A stretch of DNA of 63,652 nucleotides, counting the filler, from Octopus bimaculoides (Eukaryota): assembly GCF_001194135.2 (NCBI RefSeq). It is 5 parts of 4 records of this genome, joined end to end, with 100 filler letters (N's around TTAATTAATTAA, not from the genome) between each part and the next. Parts side by side here need not be neighbours in the genome. Positions count along the whole stretch, not along the records: positions 18,420 to 49,861 come from NC_068989.1; positions 49,962 to 52,990 come from NC_068992.1; 3 more parts are not named here. One strand, given 5' to 3'. The notes beneath the pieces are model-generated. The model was not told the DNA's origin and ran no database searches. It saw only the letters and a list, made by a program, of their open reading frames with translations. The stretch's first letter is position 1; each line of letters opens with the position of its first letter. Positions 37,011 through 51,307 of this stretch are shown here, in pieces. Position numbers and translations under genes: made by a program.

Positions 37011-38019
37011 GTCTGTTTCTATTTTTCTGTATGCAAGTTTATGGTAAGGTACGATATTTATGAGTACATATGTCTATTTTGTACTTGACCGCGTCTGTAT
37101 ATGTAAGAAAATAAACCATGTAGCATAGATCACATGTGTAATATGCATACACATGTGCAATACACAAATATTTACAGATCGTTACCAGTATATATACACA
37201 CACATATACACATACATCTATCAACGTACGTACATGCTTACATTCATACAGGCATGAGTACATACATACATAGAAACATATGTATATTCATACATGCCTA
37301 AAAACAGACGCACTATAGTCGTAGTAAAATCGATCTCTTCTATTATCATTGACTAAAATATTTCATGTCCGCCAAAGTAGCTGTTTGATGTACATTCTAG
37401 TATATCGCACCACTTCCGTTCACTCTCATCTACAAACCTGATGACGTATTTTAAATATAGCATCTAAAATTTGTTTGATGCCGAAGAAAAAAATGCTCCC
37501 CAAAATTCTTATAACTTTCCTGAATACAAAGGTCGCAGGTTAGCGGGTAAAAGGCCTGACTTTCGAATGTTATTGAGAATCACCTATACCTCTGCAATGA
37601 AAAATGGTTATAATCACATGATTATTTCTTTAATAGTATGTACGCATGCACCATGCATATGTCCATGTTTATGTATAGATACGTACATACATACATATAC
37701 ATAGATATATATATATATATATANNNNNNNNNNNNNNNNNNNNNNNNNNNNNNNNNNNNNNNNNNNNNNNNNNNNNNNCATATATTTATTAAATAAAAGT
37801 ATTAGGGCTAAAATTCCAAAATTACAGGTAAAAACTTAATTAAAATCAATTTATTAAAAATTAAAATTAAATGTGACACACATACACACATACACACACA
37901 CAGACACACATATATATATATATTTATAAATACATACATATATATATATATATGTACATATATATATATATGTAAAAATATGTGACAGTGGATTTTCATC
38001 GATGAGGTCATGGACCTTG

Positions 38020-39156
38020 GTTCTTTTCCCTAAAACTAAATATATATAAATTTGGAAACTTAAATCCCAAGTGGCGTCCTCCAGGGAACTGTTCTGGGGC
38101 CATTATTGTTGATAACAGCCCTCTTAGACATAGCCACAGTCACACGGACAGCTACTGTTACTAGCTTTTCCGATAATACAAAATTATCGCAAGCAATAAA
38201 AAACCGTGATGACGTCGCAAGCTTACAACGGGACCTGAATTCGATATGCAAGTGGGCCGAAATAAACAATATGCTCTATCAACTCATGAACGGAATCCAC
38301 TACAGTCTGCATATACAGTTTGTATATACGCGAAGGCACTACAATGCCGGATTCATAAGTAATGAAAGACTTGGGGATCAGCGTGTGCAATGACGCATCA
38401 TTTTATATGCACATTAGCAAGATGGCAGCAAAGCACAGACAACTGGCAGGATGGATACTGAGGTCCTTCAAGACAGGAGACCAAGAAACTATGTTGACCC
38501 TGTGGAGAACCTTTGTTCTCAGCCGCGTGGACTACTGCTCCCATATAGCGCCAAACTAACAGCGGAGCTTGAAGCAGCCCAGCGCCACTTGACTAAAGTG
38601 ATTGAAACGATGCGGTGGATTAGCTACAGGGAAAGGTTGAGAAAACTGCAACACTTAACTCCCTGGAACGAAGGCGTGTGAGATATGCAATAATATACTT
38701 ATGTAAAATCATAGAAGAGCGAGTACCTAATTCCGGCATTGAGTGTTATACAAATGCCAGAACTGGCCACCATTGTATTGTACCAAAGGTGCCGTCCACT
38801 ACATCTAAATTCGGGACCATGTACTGCAATAGTATAGGGTATAAAGGCCCATAGCTCTTCAATGTTCTGGCACAAAAATTAAGAAATCTGCTTAAGGTGG
38901 AAATAGATGTCTTCAAAAAGGATGTAGACATGCTCCTCACCATAATACTGGATGAAGCAACTGCCTGACATGATAAGCAGACGAGGACAGCGTAGAAAAA
39001 AATCCCTCATGCACCAAATGGGTCAATATTAGGGATAAAGTTACATACAGGAGTAGTGATGTGAAACGCCCCAGACTGTGGGAATCAAAACGACCACGGT
39101 GGTGCTCCAGCATGACCGAAATTGCATGGCTGAAACGAGTAAAAGAATAAAAGAAT
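38020..39156 (+). mobile_element. CR1-group LINE 3' fragment with tail
   Basis: SGVLQGTVLGPLL...SFSDNTKL...LQRDLNSICKWA; LWRTFVLSRVDYCS; tail ggtgctccagcatg...gctgaaacgagtaaaagaat. Confidence 0.88.
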
Positions 39157-39839
39157 GGAAGAATATACAGAGAGAAATATATACGTATATAGATAGATAG
39201 ATAAATAGATAGATAGGTAAATAGATACACTGATACATATATAGATGTATATAAACATTCACACACACACATATATATACATATACAGACATATATATAT
39301 ATATCTACTGTACATATACAAATATATACACTTATATGTACAAATATGTATATTATATATATATATANNNNNNNNNNNNNNNNNNNNNNNNNNNNNNNNN
39401 NNNNNNNNNNNNNNNNNNNNNNNNNNNNNNNNNNNNNNNNNNNNNNNNNNNNNNNNNNNNNNNNNNNNNNNNNNNNNNNNNNNNNNNNNNNNNNNNNNNN
39501 NNNNNNNNNNNNNNNNNNNNNNNNNNNNNNNNNNNNNNNNNNNNATGTAAGCTCTTGTGGCTAATAAAAGATTTAATATATATATATTATTATATATATT
39601 GTACGTTTCTACTCTTTAAGTCTTGAACTAGTTTTAGTTCGAAATCTGCGGTCAAGCTGGGGCACACACACATGCGCACGCACGCACACAGATAGACAGA
39701 CGTTTCAAATGTACAGAATAAAAGCAGAGACCAGTGAGGCAATAACAAGCTGGTGTACTAGATCGACGCTCGGGAAAAATGGAATAGTGCCCGATATTTC
39801 GAGCCTACACTCTTCAACAGACAAGGATGGGGAGAACAA

Positions 39840-39886
<47 letters not shown>

Positions 39887-40710
39887 AAGTAAGACAGACA
39901 AAAAAAGTTGACAGTGAAAGATGTATGAGGATGAACTGTTCCACAGGTATAATATATATATATATACATAGATATGTGTGTATATATGTGTATATGTGTA
40001 CACGGATAAGTACATAGATTTTTTTGCAAACAACTTGCAGATGCAAGTGGTAACAGTTGAAAGATCCGCATACCGGATGCTAGCAAGCTTATGAACTCAT
40101 TAGGAGAGAATGCGCGCCGTTTCGGGGCCTACTTCTTGACAGCATCACTGCGCACCGCCAGCCTCCACCCCACCTCACTTTAGTATTCTTCTTGCCATTG
40201 AATTGAATTGAATTGAACTAGTTTCAACTCATGTACTGCGGCCATGCTGGGGCACCGTTTTTCTTGTGCAAATTGATTTGCCAGAAATGTCGAAATATAG
40301 TGAGCTGTGCGTTATGTAATTTTGCTATGAGGTTCCTTAAGAATCAAAGCGTAGAATCAACCCGTAGGACACCAGAAATAGCTAGATACAATAGCAAGCA
40401 TAGAGCTCGCAGTAAAACAAACAACTTTGAAGAGACTAAGTCTTGGTGGAATTACATGTATATGCAAGTACCAAATCCAATTTATGACCATAGATCCGAT
40501 TCAGAGGTGGGTTCTTGGTATGGCCTAGGCGTAAAAATTAAACAAAATTCACGTGTTGTTACGAGAGAATTTCAGTTAATGTAATGATAAAAGATTACAT
40601 CATAATATGCAATGCAGCATTATCAAGTAATATTTTAAAGAACTGATGTTTTAAAAATCGACCCTGACATAGCCAATATTGGCTAAGCTAGTGTACATAC
40701 ATACATATAT

Positions 40711-41930
40711 TCTTTTCTTTTATTCTTCTATATATTTCAGCCTTGAGGCCATGCTGAGGTACCGCCATTATTATCACCTTTTAATAGGTTAATTCTATGG
40801 GTTTGGCTTTTGGTGAAGGAGGGAGTTCGATATCGCTGGCCTCATATTTGTTCATCTGGGATCTTGGATAGTCAGAGGTCACGCTGTTTCTTGAAAACAT
40901 CTACTCCCACTCCATGGAGATCCCTCAGATGTTTTGGCAAGGAGTTCAATATCTGTGGGCCCTTGAATTCCAAGCTATTGCAGTACATGGACCACGCCCT
41001 AGATGAGATAGCTGGGTCTTTTAGAACAATGGAGTGACGTCCATTTTGAGGTCTTGTATAACTCTCAATTCCAAAGTTTGGTACCAGCCCCTCCAGTATC
41101 ATGCATACATATATCACTGCGTACCTTTCCCGTCTTCGATCCAGGGAGTAGAGTCGTAGCTCTTTCAGTCTCTCCCAGTAGCTCAGTTGTTCCATTGATG
41201 CAATCTTTCTCGTGTAGTGTTGCTGAACCGCCTCAAGTTCTGCTATTAATCCTACAGTGTAGGGTGTCCATAATTGAGAGCAGTAGTCAAGACGACTGGA
41301 GGACAATTGTCCTCCATAGGACCAACATAGTTTCCTGGTCCCTTGTTATGAAGGTTCTCAGAATCCATCCGGCCATTCGGCTTCACACTGCCATCGTCTT
41401 GTTGACATGCATGTGAAGTGAGGCATCGTTGCTCATATCAATCCCAAGAGCACGCACCGAATGTGATTCTAGGATTCCCCCTCCTTTTGGTCCAAAGTAT
41501 CGTTGTTGTGACTTCTGAGCACCAATTAGCTGGTAGTGGAGGGCTTGGAATTTGCCTGCATTAAATTTCATATTGTAGTCCCCAGCCCATTTATATATGT
41601 CATCTAGGTCTTTCTGTAAAAAATTAGCATCAGAAGGTTCCTTGACTGCTTGTCCTACTTTTCGGTCGTCGGCATAGCTGAAAGAGCCACCGTGAACACT
41701 AATGGCCCTAATACAGTTCCCTGAGGCACTCTACTTTCTATTAATGTCAATGTGGAGAGGTCTCCATTAACTGCTACAGCCTGGCTTCTGTCTTTCAAGA
41801 AGTCATGCAACCACTCTCCAATTTTTCCAGTTAGGCCGAGTCTCCGTAGTTTGTGACATATCATCTCATGATCAACCTTATCAAAGAACTTTGCAATATC
41901 AAGATATGTCACATCTATATCTGAGCGATT
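40711..41930 (-). mobile_element. CR1-group LINE 3' fragment with tail
   Basis: YLDIAKFFDKVDH, RVPQGTVLGP, YADDRK, RLDYCSQLW, FKGPQILNSLP. Confidence 0.9.
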
Positions 41931-41948
41931 TATTAATTGTTTCAACAC

Positions 41949-41995
<47 letters not shown>

Positions 41996-42208
41996 NNNNN
42001 NNNNNNNNNNNNNNNNNNNNNNNNNNNNNNNNNNNNNNNNNNNNNNNNNNNNNNNNNNNNNNNNNNNNNNNNNNNNNNNNNNNNNNNNNNNNNNNNNNNN
42101 NNNNNNNNNNNNNNNNNNNNNNNNNNNNNNNNNNNNNNNNNNNNNNNNNNNNNNNNNNNNNNNNNNNNNNNNNNNNNNNNNNNNNNNNNNNNNNNNNNNN
42201 NNNNNNNN

Positions 42209-42297
<89 letters not shown>

Positions 42298-43046
42298 TGT
42301 GTGCGTGTTTGTGTTTGTATCTATGTTTCTCCGTCAACACCGCTCGACAACCGGTGTTGGAGTGTTTACGTCACGATAATCTAGCAGTTCCACACAGGAA
42401 ACCGATACTACTAGGCTTAAAAAAAATAAAAAAGAACTGGGTTGATTTGTTCGACTAAAACTTCGATGCGATGCTACAACATAGCTGAAAGCAAATGACT
42501 GAAAGAAGTAAATGATAAAAGATGCTGTTCAAATTAACGAAAGAAAAACGAAAAAAAAAAAAAACACCATGTGGTCTCATGCCAAGGCTTGGCAGAATTT
42601 TCGCAATACGATTCTATAAACTTTATTTGTGACATCTTCAGTGACGGTAGAAACTGTATAAATCTCTTCTTGAGATTTATTGCAGGAAAAGAAAGAAAAA
42701 AAACAGATAGTTTAGTCTTCGCGAGGGGGACGGGAAAAAGTGGATGAGTTCGGTCGCTCTGTGTTTATGTGTTTGTATGTGTATGTGCGTGTGTGTGCAT
42801 ATGTGTACGTACGTGTACATGTGGCTATGTGCTTGTATGTGTGTATATACATACGCACATACAAACACACACATATGCATATGTAGTTATGAATGCATAT
42901 ATATCTAACGTCCTATATATACATATATGTATAAACATCTATCTATCTATCGACCTATCTATATATTATATATATATATATATATGCATATATATGCATA
43001 TATATGCATATATTTGTATATATGTATATATATACATATAGATACG

Positions 43047-43081
<35 letters not shown>

Positions 43082-43509
43082 NNNNNNNNNNNNNNNNNNN
43101 NNNNNNNNNNNNNNNNNNNNNNNNNNNNNNNNNNNNNNNNNNNNNNNNNNNNNNNNNNNNNNNNNNNNNNNNNNNNNNNNNNNNNNNNNNNNNNNNNNNN
43201 NNNNNNNNNNNNNNNNNNNNNNNNNNNNNNNNNNNNNNNNNNNNNNNNNNNNNNNNNNNNNNNNNNNNNNNNNNNNNNNNNNNNNNNNNNNNNNNNNNNN
43301 NNNNNNNNNNNNNNNNNNNNNNNNNNNNNNNNNNNNNNNNNNNNNNNNNNNNNNNNNNNNNNNNNNNNNNNNNNNNNNNNNNNNNNNNNNNNNNNNNNNN
43401 NNNNNNNNNNNNNNNNNNNNNNNNNNNNNNNNNNNNNNNNNNNNNNNNNNNNNNNNNNNNNNNNNNNNNNNNNNNNNNNNNNNNNNNNNNNNNNNTATAT
43501 ATATATATT

Positions 43510-44676
43510 TCAATGCAATAGTAAAGGAAACAAAATTGTGTTTCAAACCACATTTGTTCAATATAATCACCTCTGTTTCGTATCAGAACCGTAAGTCTAG
43601 GTGCAGACGGCGCGCAGCTGATCTTGTGGATTCGAAACCCATTCCTGCGTAGCGTTGTCTTTAGAACATTGAGCAAAGCAAGAGCAGTGCTCAGACCCTC
43701 ATCTTTAAAATGGACCAAAACAGACAAATTTAACAGGTTGAGATCGGAGCTTCTTGAGGGCCACATATCCTGGCCTATGAACGACGGAATGCTCTTCTGA
43801 ATCCAGTGTTGTGTCTGTTTGAAGCTCTGCTTTGGTACAGAGTCCTGTTAGAGGCTCCAAGGAGCGCCTTGAAAGCGCTCATTCACTCATGGAAATAGTT
43901 CAGCTTTCAGAATGCCATCAATTTATCGCTGGGTGTTAATTTAAACACCCGAGGGCACAAAACGAGTGTAAACCTTCCAGTGGCTGTCACAGCTGCCCAA
44001 ATCATAACTGACTGGATTTTGACGCCGACAAAACCAGATACACTCCAAAGTGGTAATTCTGGTGGTTTACTCTCTGTTGAAGGGCAAATTTCCTTTCATC
44101 AGGGAACACTAGGTTGGGCAGCGTGTCTTCAGCTAAGACGACTTTTCTCCAGTCTCATGGCCTTATAAACTTCCGTGACCTCATAACGGCGAATCATCTT
44201 GTAGCGGGGGTGGGGGATGAGCTCCTGAGATGTTTCTTCAGCACTCGATACATCAATGTTCGGTTTATTCTTGCTGTGGCAGCGAGATTTCAGATGGAAT
44301 GAATAGAACTTCACCGTATCTATTCTCTGGTACGTTTGATAAGCTGAGGGGTCCGCAAACTTCTTTTTCGGCCACGTGCAGGTCAATCAGCAGTCGAACC
44401 AGACTCTTGAAACTTCTTGACAATTTTCCAGACTGTTGTTCGGTTAAATTTAAGCTTTTTTGCTATAGCTGTATTACTTTCGCTTCCTTTATGGAAGGTT
44501 ATGATTGTATTTCAGTCTATAGCCATTATCTAATTTATAAATCAGTATTTATCTACTCTGAAACAAAAAGAAAACACACTAGACTTTTATAATGATGTAT
44601 AATTTTCATATTTTATCACATTTATTGATAGTTATTAAAGCTCGAAACTTCGATTGTTTAATGTCGGAACACTCTG
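43510..44676 (-). mobile_element. Tc1/mariner DNA transposon (DD37D/maT-like), degraded
   Basis: SVMIWAAVT, QDSVP and WPSRSSDLN motifs on the minus strand. The end cagagtgttccgacattaa abuts TA at 44677-44678. Confidence 0.85.
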
Positions 44677-44684
44677 TACACACT

Positions 44685-44748
<64 letters not shown>

Positions 44749-44813
44749 NNNNNNNNNNNNNNNNNNNNNNNNNNNNNNNNNNNNNNNNNNNNNNNNNNNN
44801 NNNNNNNNNNNNN

Positions 44814-44870
<57 letters not shown>

Positions 44871-44933
44871 TACACATACATACACATATATGTACAAACA
44901 TAAACACACACACATACACACACATGTATTCGT

Positions 44934-44983
<50 letters not shown>

Positions 44984-44993
44984 NNNNNNNNNN

Positions 44994-45039
<46 letters not shown>

Positions 45040-45074
45040 CGATGATAGATAGATCAATAGATAGATAGACAGAC

Positions 45075-45122
<48 letters not shown>

Positions 45123-45456
45123 TGATTGATTGATTGATTGATTATTGGCGTTAGCGCGATAGTTGCCGTACATTGTGTCTCACTTCGTTCTATACTCAAA
45201 ATCTCCCTCCGATCAGCTTTACCTTTCGGCATAAAGAAGTAATTCAGTACCGGTTGATTTCCTTTCTGTTCCTCACTCTCTACCCCCATGTAACTCTTTT
45301 GTATTTCAGAGCATCGCAGCTACTCCTCCACCAGGAGTTACAGACTTTTTGTGTAGACTCTATCCCCTCTGTTCAACAATTGCATTCAGACCATATTTGA
45401 ACTATGGTCCTGTCGGTTGTATGTTGGGCGTATTTTACTATCTATCTATCTATCTA

Positions 45457-45493
<37 letters not shown>

Positions 45494-45494
45494 A

Positions 45495-45536
<42 letters not shown>

Positions 45537-45599
45537 AATATCTATCTACCTGTCTGACTGTCTGTTTGTCTCCTCCTGTCTCTCTCTGTAGCTATCTGT

Positions 45600-45696
<97 letters not shown>

Positions 45697-47679
45697 CCTA
45701 TCTACCTACCTACCTATCTATCTAGCTAGCTATCTCTTATAGTGGCAATTCATCCGTTACGACGACAAGGTTTCCAGTTGATCTGATCAACGAAGCATAC
45801 TGCTTATGGAAGTGGCTGAGCACCCCACGGGTACGAGTACAATTAACATAGTTCTTAGGGAGATTAAGCGTGACACAGAATATGAAAAGGTTGGACCTTT
45901 GAATTACAGGTACTACCCATTTTTGCCAGCTGAGTGGATTGGAGTAAACGTGAAATAAAGTGTCTTGCTCATGGACACAACTCGCCGTCGGGTCTAGAAC
46001 TCACGGCCTTTACAATCACGAGCCGAACACCCTAACATTTAAGCCACCAGCCTTCACACACATTCACACATATACACACACATATGCACATACACACACA
46101 TACACACATACGAACATACAGACATATACACGCATACAAACACACGCACACACATACACACTTACAAAAACATTAACCATATAAGTATACATTTCCAACC
46201 GTTCTCCAGGACAATGTCTGGTCTCGAAGAACACCATTCTTCTATAATGCTATAACTGAACGATTGTCTGTACGGGTTAAGCTAGAGGCCATTCAACTTT
46301 CAGTCGTAATTGCGCTGCAGGCCTCCCCTATCTGATTATTTTTATTCTCGTATAGAATAATTATTTCATGAGCATTGTTTGTGAGAACTTTAATATAGTC
46401 TCGTAATCAATCAATTTTAAATGCACAACACAGACACACCATGCTGGTTTGATAATTAACTAGACATGTTTCAAGCCTTTGTTTGAACCCAACCGTGACA
46501 CTTCATACGTAACTGAGTTAATGAAAGAACAGAAACGTATTGCAAAGGTACTTACAATCTAATGTTTGTGTCTTGTATTACACGGATATCTCTTATTTCA
46601 CTGCGCCCATTGTACGTCATGTTTGTAACTCGTCACTGAAATCACAATACAGTTATACTTAGCTACATAGAAACTGATACGAACTAGCGTTTAAGTTGCT
46701 AACTGAGAGATGAGAGAGCGGTTATTAATCTCTTCAAAGGCTCTGGTACTAGTAGAAGGAAAAGAGACATATATCTCAGTTTCGAGACCTATCAACAAAA
46801 GGCTCTGCTAACGCATACAGTAGCCGTCTGGCCATTGTATGATCGTATGCGGTAACAGAGCAAGAATTCAAATCGAATCTGTGGTTTGTAGTTAAACTGA
46901 TGTCTTGATCTAACCGTTTCTATGCAAACATGAATTAATTTCAGAAATTTTTCGGGTGTTGCATAAAAAATTTACACCAATACTTCGGTAAATAATACAT
47001 TTCACATATTATTTCTACTCCAGCACCATACATTTAAAATGACCCTCTTAGGAATATATACAACGATCTAAGCTTGTTTTCTTTTTGAAGGCCGTCTAAA
47101 TGCCGTCTACGATCCAGCTTGAATTTCATATATCGCCTGAAAGCAACACCTACACGGTTTCAATTTCAATTTTGGAAATAGCGGAAAGATAAGGTAGTGC
47201 TTCAAGATGCGTAGGACAAACTTCGTAGGAATGTGATATGTAAGAATCTACTGGCTAGCTGCATTACAAAATTTTATAATATGAAAGATGTAATGTATTG
47301 CTCGACGAGGCCACCAGCTGGCAGAATCGTTAGCACGCCGGGCAAAATGGTTAGCGCCATTTCCTCCGTCTTTACGTTCAGTGTCCAAATTCTGTGAAGA
47401 TCGAGTTTTCCTTTCATTGAGGTCGATGTAATCGACTTAGCCCCACCCCCAAGATTGTTAGTCTTGTGCCAAAATGTAAAACCAATGTATTGCCACTGCA
47501 TGTGCGAGGTGTCGTTCGCCAGATCACATCACCACTACTACTACTAATATAACCGTTTCCATGGTGACGGGGCCGTAGCGAAGATATCAAGCTCAAACAT
47601 CCTCGTCATCACATCACTCGACCTGCTAGAAACAGCAGCTAAACATCACTTCAATATAAACAAACAGACAGGCATAGGG

Positions 47680-48080
47680 GCAGGCGTGGCCGTAATGTTG
47701 TGATTGAGAAGAAGCTTGTTTTCCCAACCACGTGGTTTTGGGTTCAGTCCCACACCGTGGAACCATGGGGCAAGTGTAGTAACCGGGCCGACGAAAACCT
47801 GTGAGTGGATTTGAAACACGGAAATTGAGAGAAGCCCTGTGTGTATGTGTGTATGCGCGCGCACGTGTGTTCCCACTACCGCTGGACAACCGGTGTTCGT
47901 TTGTTTACGTCTCCGCTATCTAGCGGTTCGGCAAAAAAAAAGAACCTGGACCCGATAGAATAAGTATCAGGCCCTTTAAAAAAAATAAGTCAAGTTACTG
48001 GGGTCGATTTTTCGACTAAACCCATTCAGGCGGTGCCGTAGCATGGCCGCAGTCCACTGAGAGAAACAAATAAAGGAGTA
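47680..48080 (+). mobile_element. SINE family A (a family B copy lies at about 47305-47485)
   Basis: Head gggttcagtcccac; tail ggcggtgccgtagcatggccgcag. Confidence 0.8.
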
Positions 48081-50451
48081 ACAAAAAATAAATAAATAAA
48101 TAAAAATGCTTTTCAGATGGACGTATTTCTTTCTAAGCAACATATGAATGAGAATCGCTGTTATGGCGTTAATGTTGTTTGGGGCACCGTTATTTGTGTT
48201 TTTAACCGAAGCGGTTTCCACACCTCTCAGTCTGAGGAATGCGTCCGTTATTAACTCCGTCTCCAACAGCGCCACTGCCGAGAGGGGGGGATTAGGAGTT
48301 AAGAATTAAGTATCGGCCTAACTTCCATATTCTCTCACCAAGATATGTGTATATAACACTATGCATACATACACACATATCATTAAATATATATCATTTA
48401 TACACACATATATATATATATATAAATTCTTGTACATCACCTCCAAACCTTGTAATCTATCTATCTATATATACACACACACGTGTATGTGGGTGTGTAT
48501 AGACTGAAGTGGTATACAGATTTGGATAAAAACAATTTAATGCTTTCATCCCTTTGCGGGACCCATCATACATGCTATTATATATAACATTATATAATAC
48601 ATACAACACACGCACACATGTGAATGGGTTCATGAACATTTTTCACATTTTCACATATTTAACTCTTGATTGACCACGCTGAATATCTTCCGTCTTAAAC
48701 AGACACTCGACTAAGAGAGAATCACGTATGCAGTTTCGGAACCTGTGTCTAGCTTGAAGCCTGGCAGAATATTGAAGTTCTCACCAATAGGTATACCAAA
48801 CTTGATGCAGATATAGGATTCAGATACCTCGCTCGAATATTTCAGCCATCATAGATATCAAAGAACTGTGTTTGATCTATTTTACTAAACTTTGCGTTTA
48901 GGAAATGATATAAGGGAATGAGGAATGATATAAGGGCCTATTTTATGACTGATGCAATAGACCTTGGTACCAATGATCAGCGCATATACGTATCAGTGTA
49001 ATCACATCACGTATATTCTGGAAACCAAGGCCTATGATTTCGTCTTTCCTTTCATTCTACAGTCTTGGAATTCTGTTTTTAAATATGCTCATTGCCCTTC
49101 CTCGTTATCACCAAGGCATAGAAAAACCTTCACTGATAAACAAAATCAAAAAATGCCATTGCGAAATGAGAAAAAATATCAGAACACATGTATTAATAAC
49201 GGAGCAATATTTTTCTCTTGTCAGCTTCTATATTGATATTTGATTTAGGCATAATTATCATTTTCAGTGAATGGATAAATTATGTGAGCCTCAAGTGCAA
49301 TAATGGTGTTAATGGGGAAAAGTATATCCAAACGTTACATTTCTATGACACTACATCTGTTTGCGTTGATTGACCTATAAACCACCGTAAAAATCAGAGT
49401 TAGGGCAGACAACCTTGCTATACCTCGCGTGATAACAGAGTACAATATAGCATTATGATTCTAAAAAAATCAAATTATACATATAAAGATATTCGCCCCA
49501 AAATACTACAGAATTATATAAAACAAATATGAATAATGGAATCATGAAACATCAACAAGTTTGAAATTTAATATTCATCTAATTGACAAAGATTAGAGAT
49601 TTTGTAAAATGCTAGCTATCAAATGAACTGGCTACATGACTGTGATGAGTGTGGTATAATGATATGTAAGGAAATAAAGAAAATATATAATTCATTTAGT
49701 GACTGCGTCTCTTTGATAATGGTACGTTAAAAAAAAAAATGAATCAAAATTTTGCAGCAGGAAACACATAAACATTAATTTAATTTTCTCTGGGTTCTTT
49801 TCTGTCTGTCAGTCTCTTTCCTCTTGTCTCTCCCACCTCACTTCTCTCTCCTCCATGATATNNNNNNNNNNNNNNNNNNNNNNNNNNNNNNNNNNNNNNN
49901 NNNNNTTAATTAATTAANNNNNNNNNNNNNNNNNNNNNNNNNNNNNNNNNNNNNNNNNNNNTATATCATTATTATGTTTATATAATAACCATTGTGTATG
50001 CGGCTGTTTATTATTTTTAATGTAACAATCCATTACATTTTCCTAAATTATATCCTATATGAACTGCAATTTACTAAACTATTATAGTTTCGATGTAACG
50101 GCCACCGTGGTGTAGATAAAACTGTAGTAATGGCTTTATATGGAAGAACTCGCACATTTTCAATAGAAAAGCCAATTTGAAAGAGACGAAGAGTTTGACA
50201 GAAACGGTTGTGAGAACCCTCTTCTCCTCACAAAAAGCTTCCTGTTGTTTTCTGTAGTTTTATACACAGCAGAATCGTTAGCACGCCGGAGAAAATGCTT
50301 AGCGCAATTTCGTCCGTCTTCACGTTCTGGGTTCGAGTTCCGCCGAGGTCGATTTTCCTTTTCGTCCTTTCAACGTTTCACCCTGAATTTTCTCATTTTC
50401 TTTCTTCAATTTTTTTGGTATCCACTCTGTCATGATAAAGTTTTACTAAAC

Positions 50452-51227
50452 CTATGATCTTACACTGACTGTTCGTCTTGCTTCGACTGTATGTTTAGTT
50501 TCTATGGTAGGGTCGTATAAAATTTTGTAATTCTTATTCATGTTCTTACCATTTTCGTGCAATTTTTCGAAGTCACACTCGGCTAACATGCCAATGCACA
50601 CTTTTACATATGCAGTCATTCCTGCGCTTATACTCTTTTTATGCTCATTTATTACATTCACTCATGATATGATTAATACTTTCAGTTGCTTTTCTGTAGA
50701 TTCTGCGTTTGCTGTCTGACTAATTTTTATCGATCTTCGCTTTATCAGATTCGTTCCTCGGCAGCGATTCTGACTCTCGTTTCAGGTTTCCGTTCTTCAG
50801 ACTCAACTAGCATCCTTTACGTCCAACATCTTCAGTTTGCTGCATGAATTGGCCATGTAATTTCATTTCTTTTGATCTGATTGCTCTGTGGTGCTTTCTT
50901 CTGTTCTTGAATTCTCCTACTGTTTCAGTAACTTTTAGGACGTCTCTATCTGCCGTATTCTTTCTACGCGGTACCAGCGGTGTCTTCTGCGTTTAGTAAT
51001 CCTTTGCTCCCTTCCTTTCTTGGTAGGTAGAGTCTATCGGTATTATTTTTAGGGTGGTATGCGTTGAGCATTCGGAACAGTTTCCTGATTCTCCTAACCA
51101 ATTTCTGGATCTTGATTTTTGTTCATTTTAGAAAGGAAACAGAGTATCTTAATATTGTCATAAGCCATGTAATTATTGCTTTAATGATATTCCCTCCATT
51201 TCGTCTTGTTGCGTGGAGATTTTCTCT

Positions 51228-51230
<3 letters not shown>
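50452..51230 (-). mobile_element. R4/Dong-like RLE retrotransposon fragment
   Basis: NIIKAIITW...ILRYS; RKLFRMLNAYHPKNNTDRLYLPRKEGSKGL; LHGQF; degenerate zinc knuckle (ESINHIMSEC); KILYDPTIETKHTVEARR. The 5' truncation point abuts (TAA)n. Confidence 0.85.

Positions 51231-51307
<77 letters not shown>

Noticed and set aside
40231-40584. 117-aa ORF with non-repetitive sequence
   Set aside because: It starts inside a SINE tail and has no recognisable motif or splice support.
2395-45742. Dozens of long ORFs rich in HT/CV/YI/LS/ER repeats or X
   Set aside because: They are translations of microsatellites and N gaps.
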